NCBI GenBank assembly: GCA_963806225.1
Contig: CAWDXG010000001.1
Coordinates: 992,001-1,056,000 of the forward strand
Source: an uncultured delta proteobacterium
GTDB taxonomy: Bacteria > Myxococcota_A > Polyangia > Polyangiales > Polyangiaceae
Reading direction: 5' to 3'
Length of the DNA stretch: 64,000 nucleotides
Shown: positions 19,806-29,991 of the stretch, piece by piece
Layout: the number at the start of each line of letters is the position of its first letter
Position numbering within the stretch: the stretch's first letter is position 1
Notes under the pieces: generated by a model
Database searches by the model: none
The model's input: only the letters and a program-made list of their open reading frames with translations
Told to the model about the DNA's origin: nothing
Position numbers and translations under genes: made by a program

Positions 19806-21953
19806 CTACGAGTTCTGCGTCTCGTACACCTTGTGGATGTACTCGTCGAGCATGCGAGTCGCGGCGAAGCGAGGCGCGATGCTGCGTAGCGACGCTTTCA
19901 TCTTCTTGACCCAACCGTGCGGGATGCCGTCCGCCCCGCGCTCGTAGAACAGCGGCAGCACCTCGCCTTCGAGCAGATCATAGAGCGCGCCGGCGTCGCG
20001 GGCGTCCTTGGCGGCGTCGTCGGGATCGACGTCGCCGTTGATGGCCCAGCCGTTGTCACCGCTGTAGGCCTCCATCCACCAGCCGTCGAGCACGCTCAGG
20101 TTCAAGGCGCCGTTGAGCGCGGCCTTCATGCCGCTGGTGCCGCTCGCTTCGAGCGGTGGGCGCGGCAGGTTGACCCACACGTCGCAGCCGGCGACCAGCT
20201 CGGCGCCGAGCGCGAGATCATGATCCTCGAGAAAAGCGACCCGTCGGGCGACATGCGGTGAGGACTTGAGCGCAAACATGGTCTGCACGATGCGCTTGGC
20301 GCCCTCGTCGCTCGGATGCGCCTTGCCCGCGAAGAACAGCTGCAGCGGTCGCGGCCCTTCCAGCAGCCTGAGCGCGCGCCCCGCGTCGTAGGTGAGCAGA
20401 TGCAGGCGCTTGTACTCCGCTAGACGCCGCGCGAACCCGAGCGTGAGCACTTCGGGGTCGAAGTGCTCGGGCGCCTGGATGTAGTCGATGGGCTCGCCGC
20501 GGCGCAGCCGGTCGGCGATGCTGCGGCGACGGACCAGCTCGACCAGCTGGCGGCGCGCCGCCACGCGCTCCGCCCACAGCTCCTCGTCGGGAATACCCTC
20601 GACGGCGTCCCACGTCGCCGGCTCGGCAGTGCGCTCGCGCCAGCCGGGCGACAGGTGGCGGTCGAGCACCCGGCCGAGCGCTGGCGAGAGCCAGGTGGGC
20701 AGATGCACGCCGTTGGTGATGTGGAAGATCGGCACCCGGTCGGTGGGCACGCCGGGGAACAGTTCCTTCCACATGGCGCGAGCAGTGTCGCCATGGCGCT
20801 TGCTGACGGCGTTGACACTGCGGCTCATGCGGATGGCGAGCGGCGTCATCCCGGAAGGCTCGAGCGACTCCTCCGGGTGGATGCGCCCCAACCCGAGAAA
20901 GCCCTCCGTGTCCGTGCCGAGGCGCGCCGGGAAATCCGGCATGACGGACAGGATTTCGGCCGGCGCATAGCGCTCGTTGCCAGCGGCGACCGGCGTGTGC
21001 GTCGTGAACACGACGCGCTTGCGCACCCGCTCGCAGGCCGCCTGGAAGTCCGCGCCGGCGGCAACCTCGCGCGCGGCGAGCTCGAGTGACGCCAGCGCGG
21101 CGTGACCCTCGTTGAGATGGATGACGCCGGGCTCGATGCCGAGCGTTGCGAGCGCGCGGACGCCGCCGACGCCGAGCACACAGTACTGGGCGAGGCGCAC
21201 CGCAGGGTTCCCGTCGTACAGGCGCGCGGTGATCCAGCGGTCGATGATGGTGTTGTCGGGTAGCTGGGTGTCGAGCAGGTACAGGGGCACACGGCCGATG
21301 TCGACGCGCCAGATCTGGGCGCGCACCTCGCGGCCCCAGACGGGGATTGTCACGACCAGCGGCCTGTCGTCGCTGCCGGTGACGCGCACCGCCGCCAGCC
21401 GCTCCGGATCCGTATCGATCCAGTACTCGTGCTGCAGGCCGCTGGTATCGAGCCGCTGGTGGAAGTAGCCCTGGCGGTACATCAGTCCCACGCCGACCAG
21501 GGGCAGCGCGCGGTCGGAGGCCTCCTTCAGGATGTCGCCGGCGAGGCCGCCCAGCCCTCCCGCGTACAGAGGCAGCGACGCATGGACGCCGAACTCGGCG
21601 CAGAAGAAGGCGACGGGGTGCTCCGGCGCGACGCCGGTCGATGCGAAGGGGCGCGCGCGGTCGGCCTCGAGGGTCTCGGCGAGGCGGCCGACCCTTTCGA
21701 CGACGGCGTCGTCCGCGGCCGCCCGCTCCAGCGTTCGCAGGCTCACCTCCTGCAGGAAGCGGTACGGGCTCATGCCGCTGAGCTCCCAGCGGTGCGGATC
21801 GATGCTTCTGAACAGCTCGGCGCCGTCCGGCGTCCAGCTCCAGCGGAAGCTCGTGGCAATGCGCGCGAGCGGCGCGAGGCGCGGTGGCAGCCGGATCGCT
21901 ATGTTGGCGGCTTCGCGATCCACGTCGGCTCGGCCCGGAAATGTGTGGCTCAT
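19806..21953 (-). CDS. glgP: Alpha-glucan (glycogen/maltodextrin) phosphorylase
   Basis: [54 protein letters not shown] site [19 protein letters not shown] before ATG 21953. Confidence 0.96.
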   Translation of the reverse strand: MSHTFPGRADVDREAANIAIRLPPRLAPLARIATSFRWSWTPDGAELFRSIDPHRWELSGMSPYRFLQEVSLRTLERAAADDAVVERVGRLAETLEADRARPFASTGVAPEHPVAFFCAEFGVHASLPLYAGGLGGLAGDILKEASDRALPLVGVGLMYRQGYFHQRLDTSGLQHEYWIDTDPERLAAVRVTGSDDRPLVVTIPVWGREVRAQIWRVDIGRVPLYLLDTQLPDNTIIDRWITARLYDGNPAVRLAQYCVLGVGGVRALATLGIEPGVIHLNEGHAALASLELAAREVAAGADFQAACERVRKRVVFTTHTPVAAGNERYAPAEILSVMPDFPARLGTDTEGFLGLGRIHPEESLEPSGMTPLAIRMSRSVNAVSKRHGDTARAMWKELFPGVPTDRVPIFHITNGVHLPTWLSPALGRVLDRHLSPGWRERTAEPATWDAVEGIPDEELWAERVAARRQLVELVRRRSIADRLRRGEPIDYIQAPEHFDPEVLTLGFARRLAEYKRLHLLTYDAGRALRLLEGPRPLQLFFAGKAHPSDEGAKRIVQTMFALKSSPHVARRVAFLEDHDLALGAELVAGCDVWVNLPRPPLEASGTSGMKAALNGALNLSVLDGWWMEAYSGDNGWAINGDVDPDDAAKDARDAGALYDLLEGEVLPLFYERGADGIPHGWVKKMKASLRSIAPRFAATRMLDEYIHKVYETQNS

Positions 21954-21973
21954 CTGTCCCCCCTCTGATGCGG

Positions 21974-23347
21974 CTAGCCCGAGCGCAGGTGCCACCCGCG
22001 GGTCTGCACGAAGGCGCGGATGCCGTACGTCGAGAGCGTGCAGCCGACGCCCGAATGCCCGCGACCCGACCACGGCAGGCGCGGGCTCACGCGGTCGCAG
22101 CAGTTGACGTAGGCCGAGCCGACCGGCAGCTGGGACAGCAGGCGCTCGGCGCGCACCGTGTCGGGCGTGTAGACCCCGGCTGTGAGGCCGTATTCGGTAT
22201 CGGCCATGAGCCGCGCTGCCTCCTCGTCGCCGCTCACGCTCTGGATGCCGATGATGGGGCCGAAGCTCTCCTCGCGCATGACGCGCATCTCGTGGTTCGC
22301 ACCGGCGAGCACGGTGGGCTCGAAGAACCAGCCCGGTCGCTCCACGCGGTGACCGCCGGCGAGCAGGCGCGCGCCCTTCTCCAGGGCGTCGGCCGTCTGC
22401 TCCTGCATCAGGGCGATGGCGGGGTCGCGGCGGGCCAGGGGACCGATGTACGTGCTCTCGTCGCGCGGATCGCCCAGGACGAACCCGCGCACTGTTTCGA
22501 CGAAGGCGTCGAGGAAGCGCTCGTAGATGCTCTCGTGCACGTAGATGCGCTCCACCGCGCAGCAGCTCTGCCCGGTGTTGTAGAAGGCGCCGTCGGCCAG
22601 CGACGCCGCGGCGGCGGCGACGTCGACGTCCTCGCACACATACGTCGGATCCTTGCCGCCGAGCTCGAGCTGGACGTGCGCCAGCGATCGTGCTGCCGCC
22701 TGGGCGACGCGCAGGCCCGTCGCATACGAGCCAGTGAAGAACACGCCGTTCATCCGGTGGTCGAGCAGCGCGGCGCCCACCTGGCCGTTGCCGATCACGA
22801 CCGAGAACACGTCCTGTGGCACGCCGGACTCCGCGAGCAGATCGGCGATGGCGAGGCCTGTTAGCGATGCGTATTCGCTCGGCTTGTAGAGCACGGCGTT
22901 GCCCGCGATGAGCGCCGGCAGGATCACGTTCAGCCCGACGAACCACGGGTAGTTCCAGGCCGAGATGTTTGCCACGAGGCCGAGCGGCTCGAGCTGGATG
23001 CGTTCCGTCATGCCGGCGTCCGCGAGCACCACCTGGTCGGTGAGCGTGGCGGCGCTGTGCTCGATGAAGAAGTCGAAGCGGGGCAGGGTGCCGTCGAGCT
23101 CGTTCCTGGCCTGGCGGATGGGCTTGCCGACCTCGGTGGTGAGCTTGACGGCGAGCTCCTCGCGGCGCTCGACGACCAGCTCGCGGAAGCGGCGGATGGC
23201 GCTGATGCGCTGGTCGAGCGGGCGCGCGGCCCAGCCGGATTGGGCGCGCCGTGCGGCGTCGACCTTGGCGCGGATGTCGTCGGGACCGTCCACGGGTAGA
23301 TCGGCGACCTTCTCGCCGTTTGCGGGATTGATGATGGGCAAGCTCAT
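21974..23347 (-). CDS. NAD(P)-dependent aldehyde dehydrogenase
   Basis: INPANGE, AWNYP, KPSE, FTGS, LELGGKDP, GQSCCA (catalytic Cys), EESFGP. Confidence 0.95.
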   Translation of the reverse strand: MSLPIINPANGEKVADLPVDGPDDIRAKVDAARRAQSGWAARPLDQRISAIRRFRELVVERREELAVKLTTEVGKPIRQARNELDGTLPRFDFFIEHSAATLTDQVVLADAGMTERIQLEPLGLVANISAWNYPWFVGLNVILPALIAGNAVLYKPSEYASLTGLAIADLLAESGVPQDVFSVVIGNGQVGAALLDHRMNGVFFTGSYATGLRVAQAAARSLAHVQLELGGKDPTYVCEDVDVAAAAASLADGAFYNTGQSCCAVERIYVHESIYERFLDAFVETVRGFVLGDPRDESTYIGPLARRDPAIALMQEQTADALEKGARLLAGGHRVERPGWFFEPTVLAGANHEMRVMREESFGPIIGIQSVSGDEEAARLMADTEYGLTAGVYTPDTVRAERLLSQLPVGSAYVNCCDRVSPRLPWSGRGHSGVGCTLSTYGIRAFVQTRGWHLRSG

Positions 23348-23476
23348 GTATCTGGAATGTAACGCGGATTGTCGCGCGCACCAGGTGGGCTGAACCTGGT
23401 CTGCGGCTGCCGGTCCGATTACACTTCCGCCCCCACGCGAGAGCGGGGGGACCACTACCCGCCCAGGAGCCAACCC

Positions 23477-24510
23477 GTGCCCAACGCCTACATCTCCGGA
23501 ACCGGTTTCTACGTGCCGCCGCGCGTGGTCACGAACGACTGACCTGGCCAAGCAGTACGGCATCGACACCACGCACGAGTGGATCGTCCAGCGCACCGGC
23601 ATCGAGGAGCGGCATTTCGCCGAGGAAGGTGTGGGCACGGCGGACCTGGCGCTGCGCGGCGTCCAAGCAGGCGATCGAGCGGGCGGGGATCGACAAGCAC
23701 GATCTCGACATGATCATCCTGGCGACGCTGTCGCCGGACCACGCATTCCCCGGTTCGGGCGTGTACCTGCAACAGAAGCTCGGGCTCTGCGACGGGGACA
23801 ACGCGAAGTTCGTGCCGGCGCTCGACGTGAGGAACCAGTGCTCGGGGTTCCTCTACTCGCTGGCGACGGCGACCTCGATGGTCAAGTCGGGCGCGGCGAA
23901 GCACGTGCTGGTGGTCGGCGCCGAGACGCACTCGGCCGCGCTGGATCTTTCGACCGCCGGGCGCACAGTGGCGTCGCTGTTCGGCGACGGCGCGGGCGCG
24001 GCGGTGGTGAGCGCGACCGAAGAGGATCGCGGTGTGCGCGGCTGGTATCTCGGTGCCGACGGCCGGCACGCGGACGTCCTTTCCCAGAAGGTGTGGGATA
24101 TCAAGAAGCGCCCATTCATCCCGCTGAACGAAGAGGGCGTCGGCCAGGTCCAGCCCGATCACATCTGGGCACAGATGAAGGGCAAGGTCGTGTTCCGCCA
24201 TGCCGTGGAGCGGATGATCGGCGTCCTGATGCAGGCGTGCATGGATCAGGGCATCACCCGCGACGACATCGACCTGTTCTTCTTCCACCAGGCCAACCTC
24301 CGCATCAACCAGTACGTCGCCGAGCAGGTCGGCATCCCGCCCGAGCGCGTGGTCCACAACATCCAGCGCTACGGCAACACGACCGCCGCCACCATCCCCA
24401 TCCTGCTCGCCGAGTCGGAGCGGAATGGAAAGCTGAAACGCGGCATGAAGATCGCGATGATCGCCTTCGGCTCCGGGTTTACCTGGGGCGCGGCGATCGT
24501 CGACTGGTAG
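23477..24510 (+). CDS. fabH: 3-oxoacyl-ACP synthase III (two +1 frameshifts near 23540 and 23658)
   Basis: [46 protein letters not shown]; catalytic [38 protein letters not shown]. Confidence 0.93.
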
Positions 24511-24585
24511 CGAGGTCGCGCCTGGCCCAGAGCCGCTGGCGAAGCCGGACACGGAGCCGAAGCCGAAGCGCAAGGCGGAAATGAT

Positions 24586-25005
24586 TCACGCTGCGAGGCG
24601 CAGCAGGAACCCGACGAACAGGACGGAGAAGCCGCCGACTTCGCCGATGACCAGCAGCACCATGCCCGTCGTGGTGACGAAGTTCCTGCGTTCGAACTGA
24701 TTGTCGGTGGCGTCGGTGATGCCGAGGCGGATGTAGGTGGCGACGGCAATCGCGAAGAAGAGGATGGGCAGCGCGGCGGCCACGAAAGTGAGCGTCCGGG
24801 AGAAGGGGCTGAAACCGGCGAAACGCGCCAGCACGAGACAGGCAAAGCTGTAGAGCAGCGCCGCGCGGTGCGCGGTGTCGACGTAGTAGGGAGCACGGTG
24901 CGTGGAGCGGGTGAGCATGGCGCGCCACTTCCACACGCCCGTCAAGAGGCCGGTGAGGAAGAAGACGCCGCAGGCGACCAGGGCGAGCGTGATGGCGGGA
25001 GTCAT
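24586..25005 (-). CDS. Four-TM integral membrane protein of unknown function
   Basis: Four hydrophobic helices with a motif-like YVDTAHRAALLYSFA and TDNQF. Confidence 0.75.
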   Translation of the reverse strand: MTPAITLALVACGVFFLTGLLTGVWKWRAMLTRSTHRAPYYVDTAHRAALLYSFACLVLARFAGFSPFSRTLTFVAAALPILFFAIAVATYIRLGITDATDNQFERRNFVTTTGMVLLVIGEVGGFSVLFVGFLLRLAA

Positions 25006-25029
25006 CGCCGGAGTATACCCTGTCGGGGC

Positions 25030-25434
25030 ATGCCGGACCCGGAGCCCGTGTACGTCGTTGGTGCGGCCATCCTGCGCGAGGGTCGCTGTCTGGTGGCGCG
25101 CCGCAGCGCGGCCATGAGCGCGCCGCTGTGCTGGGAGTTTCCCGGTGGCAAGGTCGAGGGCGGCGAGCTGCCGCGGCAGGCGCTGGTGCGGGAGATCCGC
25201 GAGGAGCTGGGGGTGGAGATCGCAGCGGGCGACTGGCTTGGGCGTGGCGAACAGGTCGAGGGCGACCGGGTGATCGTGCTCGATGTGTATGCCGCCGAGC
25301 TTCGCTCCGGCGAGCCGCTTCCGCATGAGCACGACGCCTGCGAGTGGCTTGTCCCCGAGGAGCTCCGGCGTCTCGACTGGGCGCTGCCCGATGTGCCGAT
25401 CGTGGAGCGGGTGCTCGAGCGGCTCTCGCGCTAG
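25030..25434 (+). CDS. NUDIX hydrolase, MutT/NudG-like
   Basis: WEFPGGKVEGGELPRQALVREIREELG Nudix box; EH..CEW, LDWALPDVP. Confidence 0.92.
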   Translation: MPDPEPVYVVGAAILREGRCLVARRSAAMSAPLCWEFPGGKVEGGELPRQALVREIREELGVEIAAGDWLGRGEQVEGDRVIVLDVYAAELRSGEPLPHEHDACEWLVPEELRRLDWALPDVPIVERVLERLSR

Positions 25435-26000
25435 CCCGATTTTCTGTTCGCGATGCGCCGTCGCCGCGCGAGCGCCGGCAGCAGTCGTCCCTGGTAGAAG
25501 TGCAACAGACGGAGCTTCGTGATCGCGGGTTCGGGTCGTCCGTCGACTGTCTTGGTCGTGTCGCTCGCGAGGCAGAACAGCAGGCGGGCTTCTGCGGCGG
25601 AAAACCGGTTGGCGAGCCAGCCTTTCCAGCCCGCGCGCGCTGCACGGCCGCGTCCGACGATGACGCTACGGAGCTCGGCGCGGGTGAGGCGCTCGGCACC
25701 TGGCGCGAACAACGCGTCGAAGCGGGCGCGGTCGAGCTCGCCGCGCTGGTTGAACACGCCGGTGTCGAACGGATGCACGCCCGCTGCGATGTGCGCGACC
25801 GAAATGGTGAGAGACGCGCGGCCGCGCGTGATCGGTCCGAGGAAGAGGTTGATGATGCCGGCCAGGATGCCGCTGGTGACGCAGCCGACGCCGAGCCGGC
25901 GCAGGCCGCCGTAGGTTTCCGGCAACGTGACGAGGCCGTCTCGGTCGGCGTCGAAGTAGTCCGCATGGCGCTCTAGCGCCGTGAGTCCGTTGCCCTCCAC
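25431..26000 (-). CDS. Caleosin / peroxygenase family protein
   Basis: LERHADYFDADRDGLVTLPETYGGLRRLG (conserved His, EF-hand and ETYxGxRxLG), hydrophobic segment ending IINLFLG, HPFDTGVF..G (cf. HGSDSGVY..G), C-terminal FYQGRLL (cf. YDGSLF). Confidence 0.85.
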   Translation of the reverse strand: MEGNGLTALERHADYFDADRDGLVTLPETYGGLRRLGVGCVTSGILAGIINLFLGPITRGRASLTISVAHIAAGVHPFDTGVFNQRGELDRARFDALFAPGAERLTRAELRSVIVGRGRAARAGWKGWLANRFSAAEARLLFCLASDTTKTVDGRPEPAITKLRLLHFYQGRLLPALARRRRIANRKSG

Positions 26001-26178
26001 CTTGGTGTGGGACCATAGCCCGATCCGCTCCGCATCGGCAGGCTTGTCTGGGGGCTTCGCGGCAACTTTCCTTTGGATTGCGGGCGCTGCCGGGAGCCGC
26101 TAGGGTCGACTCTCTCGAGAACGCGGATTCCCGCGAACCGAGGGGGTTTCCCAGGTGGGCGAGCGAAGCGATGTGTCG

Positions 26179-29100
26179 ATGGATTCCGCCGCTGGCGGGT
26201 TCCCGGACACGGAGCGCTTCGTCCTCGAAGGGCGGCTGGGTGAGGGCGGCATGGGTGTGGTGTACCGCGCTCGCGATCGCGAGCTTGGGCGCATGGTCGC
26301 ACTCAAGACCATGACGCACGTCGACCCAGGCTCGCTTCTGCGATTCAAGAAGGAATTCCGCGCACTCGCCGACATCATGCACCCGCATGTGGTGGACCTG
26401 TACGAGCTGATCTCGGCGGGCGAGCAGTGGTTCTTCACCATGGAGCTCGTGGACGGCGTGGATTTCCTGACGTGGGTGCAGGAGTCGGCTCCGCGTTCGT
26501 CCCAGCGCAATGACCAGCACTCGCTGGTGCGCAGGCTGACCACGCGCGGGGCGGTGGCGCCGACGCTGGACGCCAGCACGCTGCCCGAGGGCGTACTGCC
26601 GGAACGACCCGCGTCGTCGCGCGGCGCGCTGTCGTGTTGCGTCGACCAGCCGGAGCGCCTGCGCGCGGCGCTCCGGCAGCTCACCGAGGGCGTGATCGCG
26701 ATTCACGCCGCCGGCAAGTTGCACCGCGACATCAAGCCGTCCAACGTGCTGGTCACGCGCGGCGGCAGGGTCGTGCTGCTCGACTTCGGCGTCGTCGGCG
26801 ACTACGTCCCCGGACGTTCCGGCGACCCCGCCGAGGATTCGCTGCTCGGCACTCCCGCGTACATGGCTCCGGAGCAGGCGGGCCAGGGCTGCACGCTGCC
26901 GGCTTCGGACTTCTACGCTATCGGCACGATGTTGTTCGAGGTGCTGACCGACGATCTGCCCTTTGTCGGTACGCCCCGCGAGATCCTGACCCAGAAGCGG
27001 GAGCTCGATCCCCCGGCGCCGTCGGCGCGGGTCGCTGGCGTACCGCCTGACATGGACGAGCTGTGCGTGGATCTCCTGTCGCGCGATCCAGCCCGTCGCC
27101 CCGACGGAGAGGAAATCCTGCGCCGCCTCGGCAAGGGTGGGCGCGCACATTCGGTGATCACGGTGACCGGTGCGCAGGGCAGCTTCGTCGGGCGCCGCGC
27201 GCAGCTCGACGAGCTGGACCGTGCACTGGCGTCGAGCCGCGAGGGGCGCCCGGTCGTCGTCTTCGTCAACGGTCGGTCGGGCATGGGCAAGACGGCGCTG
27301 GTCCAGCACTACTTTGAACGTCTGCGAGCGGATCCGGACGTGCTGCTCTTGGCGGGGCGCTGCTACGAACGGGAATCTGTCCCCTTCAAAGGCCTCGACA
27401 GCGTCGTCGACGAGCTCAGTCGTTTTCTGATGCGTCTGCCCGACGCGCACGCGGCCGCCCTGGTGCCGGAGGGTATCGAGGAGCTGTCCAGGGTGTTTCC
27501 CGTGCTGCGGAGCGTGCGCGCCGTACAGGCCCAGCCGCCGCCGGAATACGCCGTGGTGGAGCCGCGCGAGGTCCGGCGGCGCGCCTTTACCTCGCTGAAG
27601 CGGCTCTTGTCGGCGCTGACATCGCAGTGGTCGGTCGTGGTGCACATCGACGATCTGCAGTGGAGCGACGTCGACAGCGTGGCACTCATCAGGGAGCTCC
27701 TGGCTCCGCCTGATCCGCCGCCGGTGCTGCTCGTCTGCGGCTATCGCGACGAGCTGGCGGCGGACAGCGCGGCCGTTCAGGAGCTGCTGGCGGGCATGCA
27801 GGGCTTCGAAGAGAGCGGAACGCTGCGTCGGGTCGCGGTCGAACGGTTGTCGGAAGCCGAAGCGATCGAGTTGGCCCAGAGCTCGGTCGAGACGGGGCCG
27901 TCACCGCCGCCGGAGCTGCTCCGGGCCATCGCGCGGGAGTCCCACGGAGTACCCTTCTTCGTGGCGGAGCTGGTGCGTTGGCAGGCCGCGGAGAGTGGGC
28001 GCACCGCTCTGGAGCGGGGCAACCCGATCTCGCTGGAGCAGGTGATCACCGCCCGCGTCGAGGCGTTGCCGGCGGCGCCGCGGAAGCTTCTGTCCCTGCT
28101 CGCCGTGGCTGGCGGGCCGGTGGAGCATGAGTTGGCCGGCCGGGCCGCCGGCATCGGGGCGGTGGACCGGGTGGCAGTGAACGTGCTGCGCTCGCAGCGG
28201 CTGGCCAGGAGCTACAGCCACCTGGATCGGGAACAGGTCGACACCTTCCACGCCCGCGTGCGCGAGACCGTGATGGCTCTGCTCGATCCCGACGAACGGA
28301 GCAAGCTGCACCTGTCGCTCGCCGACACGCTGGAGCGCTCCGGCACAGCGGATCCCGAAGCGCTGCTGCAGCACTTCCTTTTCGCCGGTGAGCGCGAGCG
28401 CGCACGGCGCTACGCCGTGCCGGCGGCGCGCGCGGCGGCCAACAGTCTGGCGTTCTTGCGCGCTGCGCGGCTGTACCAGCAGGCGATCGAGCTCGAGGCC
28501 GACAAACCCTACCGGCTGTACGGCAAGCTGGCCGACGCGCTCGCGAATGCGGGCCGCAGCGCGAACGCGGCGGAGGCCTACCTTGCCGGCGCATCGACGG
28601 CGCCGTCCGAGGAGGCCATCGAGATGCAGCGGCTGGCGGCGGAGCACTTCCTCAAGAGCGGCAGGGAGCAGCAGGGGCTGGTTCTGCTGAAGGCGGTACT
28701 GGCGGAGGTCGGGCTGTCGTTTCCTCGATCGACGGCAGCCGCGCTGGCCTCGCTCTTGATGGAGCGGGCGCGGCTCGCGATCCGGGGGCGCGATCCCGAG
28801 CGGGTCGTGCGGCGCGGCAGCCCGGGCGACCTCCTGAAGGTGGACGTTGCGTTCTCGGCCACCGTCGGCCTGTCGATGTTCGATCTGGTGCGTGGCGCGC
28901 ACTTCTCGGCGCGTCATCTCAGGCTGGCGCTGTCGGCGGGCGAGCCGGTACGACTGGGGCGCGCGCTGGCACTGGAAGCCGCCAATGCTGTCGCCGTCGG
29001 CGACGGATCGCGCGAGCGCAGCGAGCGGCACGTGCGCAGAGCCGAGGAGCTCGCTACCCGCATCGACGATTTCCACGGAATGGCGCTTGCAAAATTGACC

Positions 29101-29991
29101 ACGGGGCTGGTGCGGTTCTTCGTTGGCGAGTGGCGCAGCGCCAACAAGGCCCTGGACGAGGCCACCGCGCTTCTGCGCGAACGCTGCAGCGCGGTGGCAT
29201 GGGAGCTGGCCAATGCCGAAGCCTGGTCCTGCAACTCGCTGATCCTGATGGGCGAGCTCGCGGAGACCTCGCGCCGGGTGCCGGCCTTCATCAAGGAAGC
29301 GCGCGAGCGGGAGGACCGCTACGCGCTGGTCAACATCATCTACGCCGCGTGCATCACGCACATGGTCGCCGACGACGTGGATGCGGCCTGGCACGTGACG
29401 ACGGAGGAAGGCGGCTTCTACACGCCGAGCGGCTTCACGGCCGGGCATTGGGGCGCGATGGTCTCGGCGATCTCGGTGCACCGCTACCGCGGCCAGGGTC
29501 GTCTGGCGCTGGAGCGCGTGCAGCGCGACTGGAAGCCGCTCGAGCGCTCCCAGCTCCTGCGGGTCAACGTGGTGCGCCTCACGTCCCTGTTCGAGCGCGG
29601 GCTGTGCGCCGTCGCCGCCTACGGGCACGCGGACTCCGCCTCCGATCCGCTGCGCGAAGCAGATCACTACGTGGGCCGCCTGCGCCGCGAGCGGCTCAGG
29701 TTCGCGCCGCCTCTTGGCGAGCACCTGGCGGCCTGTGTCGCGGCGGCGCGCGGCGACGCGGAGAGCGCCAAGCGCGCGCTGTCACGTGCCATCGCAGGCT
29801 ACGAGAGAGCCGACATGGGCTATCTGGAGTCGTGCGCGCGCTACCGTCACGGGCAGCTGCTCGGCGGCGACGAGGGCGCGAAGCTGGTGGCCCAGGCCGA
29901 CTCCGAGCTCGAAGCGCAGGGTGTGAAGAACGTGGAAGGCTGTCTGGCGATGAGCGCGCCCGGATTTTCGCGGTGGGTCCGCCGGTCATGA
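26179..29991 (+). CDS. Ser/Thr kinase - AAA_16 (STAND-like) ATPase - TPR-like helical repeat protein
   Basis: GEGGMGVVY, HRDIKPSN, DFG, GTPAYMAPE; FVGRRAQL, Walker A GRSGMGKT, Walker B VVHIDDLQW, GVPFF; long helical C-terminal half. Confidence 0.93.
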   Translation: MDSAAGGFPDTERFVLEGRLGEGGMGVVYRARDRELGRMVALKTMTHVDPGSLLRFKKEFRALADIMHPHVVDLYELISAGEQWFFTMELVDGVDFLTWVQESAPRSSQRNDQHSLVRRLTTRGAVAPTLDASTLPEGVLPERPASSRGALSCCVDQPERLRAALRQLTEGVIAIHAAGKLHRDIKPSNVLVTRGGRVVLLDFGVVGDYVPGRSGDPAEDSLLGTPAYMAPEQAGQGCTLPASDFYAIGTMLFEVLTDDLPFVGTPREILTQKRELDPPAPSARVAGVPPDMDELCVDLLSRDPARRPDGEEILRRLGKGGRAHSVITVTGAQGSFVGRRAQLDELDRALASSREGRPVVVFVNGRSGMGKTALVQHYFERLRADPDVLLLAGRCYERESVPFKGLDSVVDELSRFLMRLPDAHAAALVPEGIEELSRVFPVLRSVRAVQAQPPPEYAVVEPREVRRRAFTSLKRLLSALTSQWSVVVHIDDLQWSDVDSVALIRELLAPPDPPPVLLVCGYRDELAADSAAVQELLAGMQGFEESGTLRRVAVERLSEAEAIELAQSSVETGPSPPPELLRAIARESHGVPFFVAELVRWQAAESGRTALERGNPISLEQVITARVEALPAAPRKLLSLLAVAGGPVEHELAGRAAGIGAVDRVAVNVLRSQRLARSYSHLDREQVDTFHARVRETVMALLDPDERSKLHLSLADTLERSGTADPEALLQHFLFAGERERARRYAVPAARAAANSLAFLRAARLYQQAIELEADKPYRLYGKLADALANAGRSANAAEAYLAGASTAPSEEAIEMQRLAAEHFLKSGREQQGLVLLKAVLAEVGLSFPRSTAAALASLLMERARLAIRGRDPERVVRRGSPGDLLKVDVAFSATVGLSMFDLVRGAHFSARHLRLALSAGEPVRLGRALALEAANAVAVGDGSRERSERHVRRAEELATRIDDFHGMALAKLTTGLVRFFVGEWRSANKALDEATALLRERCSAVAWELANAEAWSCNSLILMGELAETSRRVPAFIKEAREREDRYALVNIIYAACITHMVADDVDAAWHVTTEEGGFYTPSGFTAGHWGAMVSAISVHRYRGQGRLALERVQRDWKPLERSQLLRVNVVRLTSLFERGLCAVAAYGHADSASDPLREADHYVGRLRRERLRFAPPLGEHLAACVAAARGDAESAKRALSRAIAGYERADMGYLESCARYRHGQLLGGDEGAKLVAQADSELEAQGVKNVEGCLAMSAPGFSRWVRRS

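Noticed and set aside
19806..23381. 1191-aa ORF suggesting a giant phosphorylase fusion
   Set aside because: The first 476 codons are an off-frame shadow of the aldehyde dehydrogenase. glgP has its own RBS and ATG at 21953.
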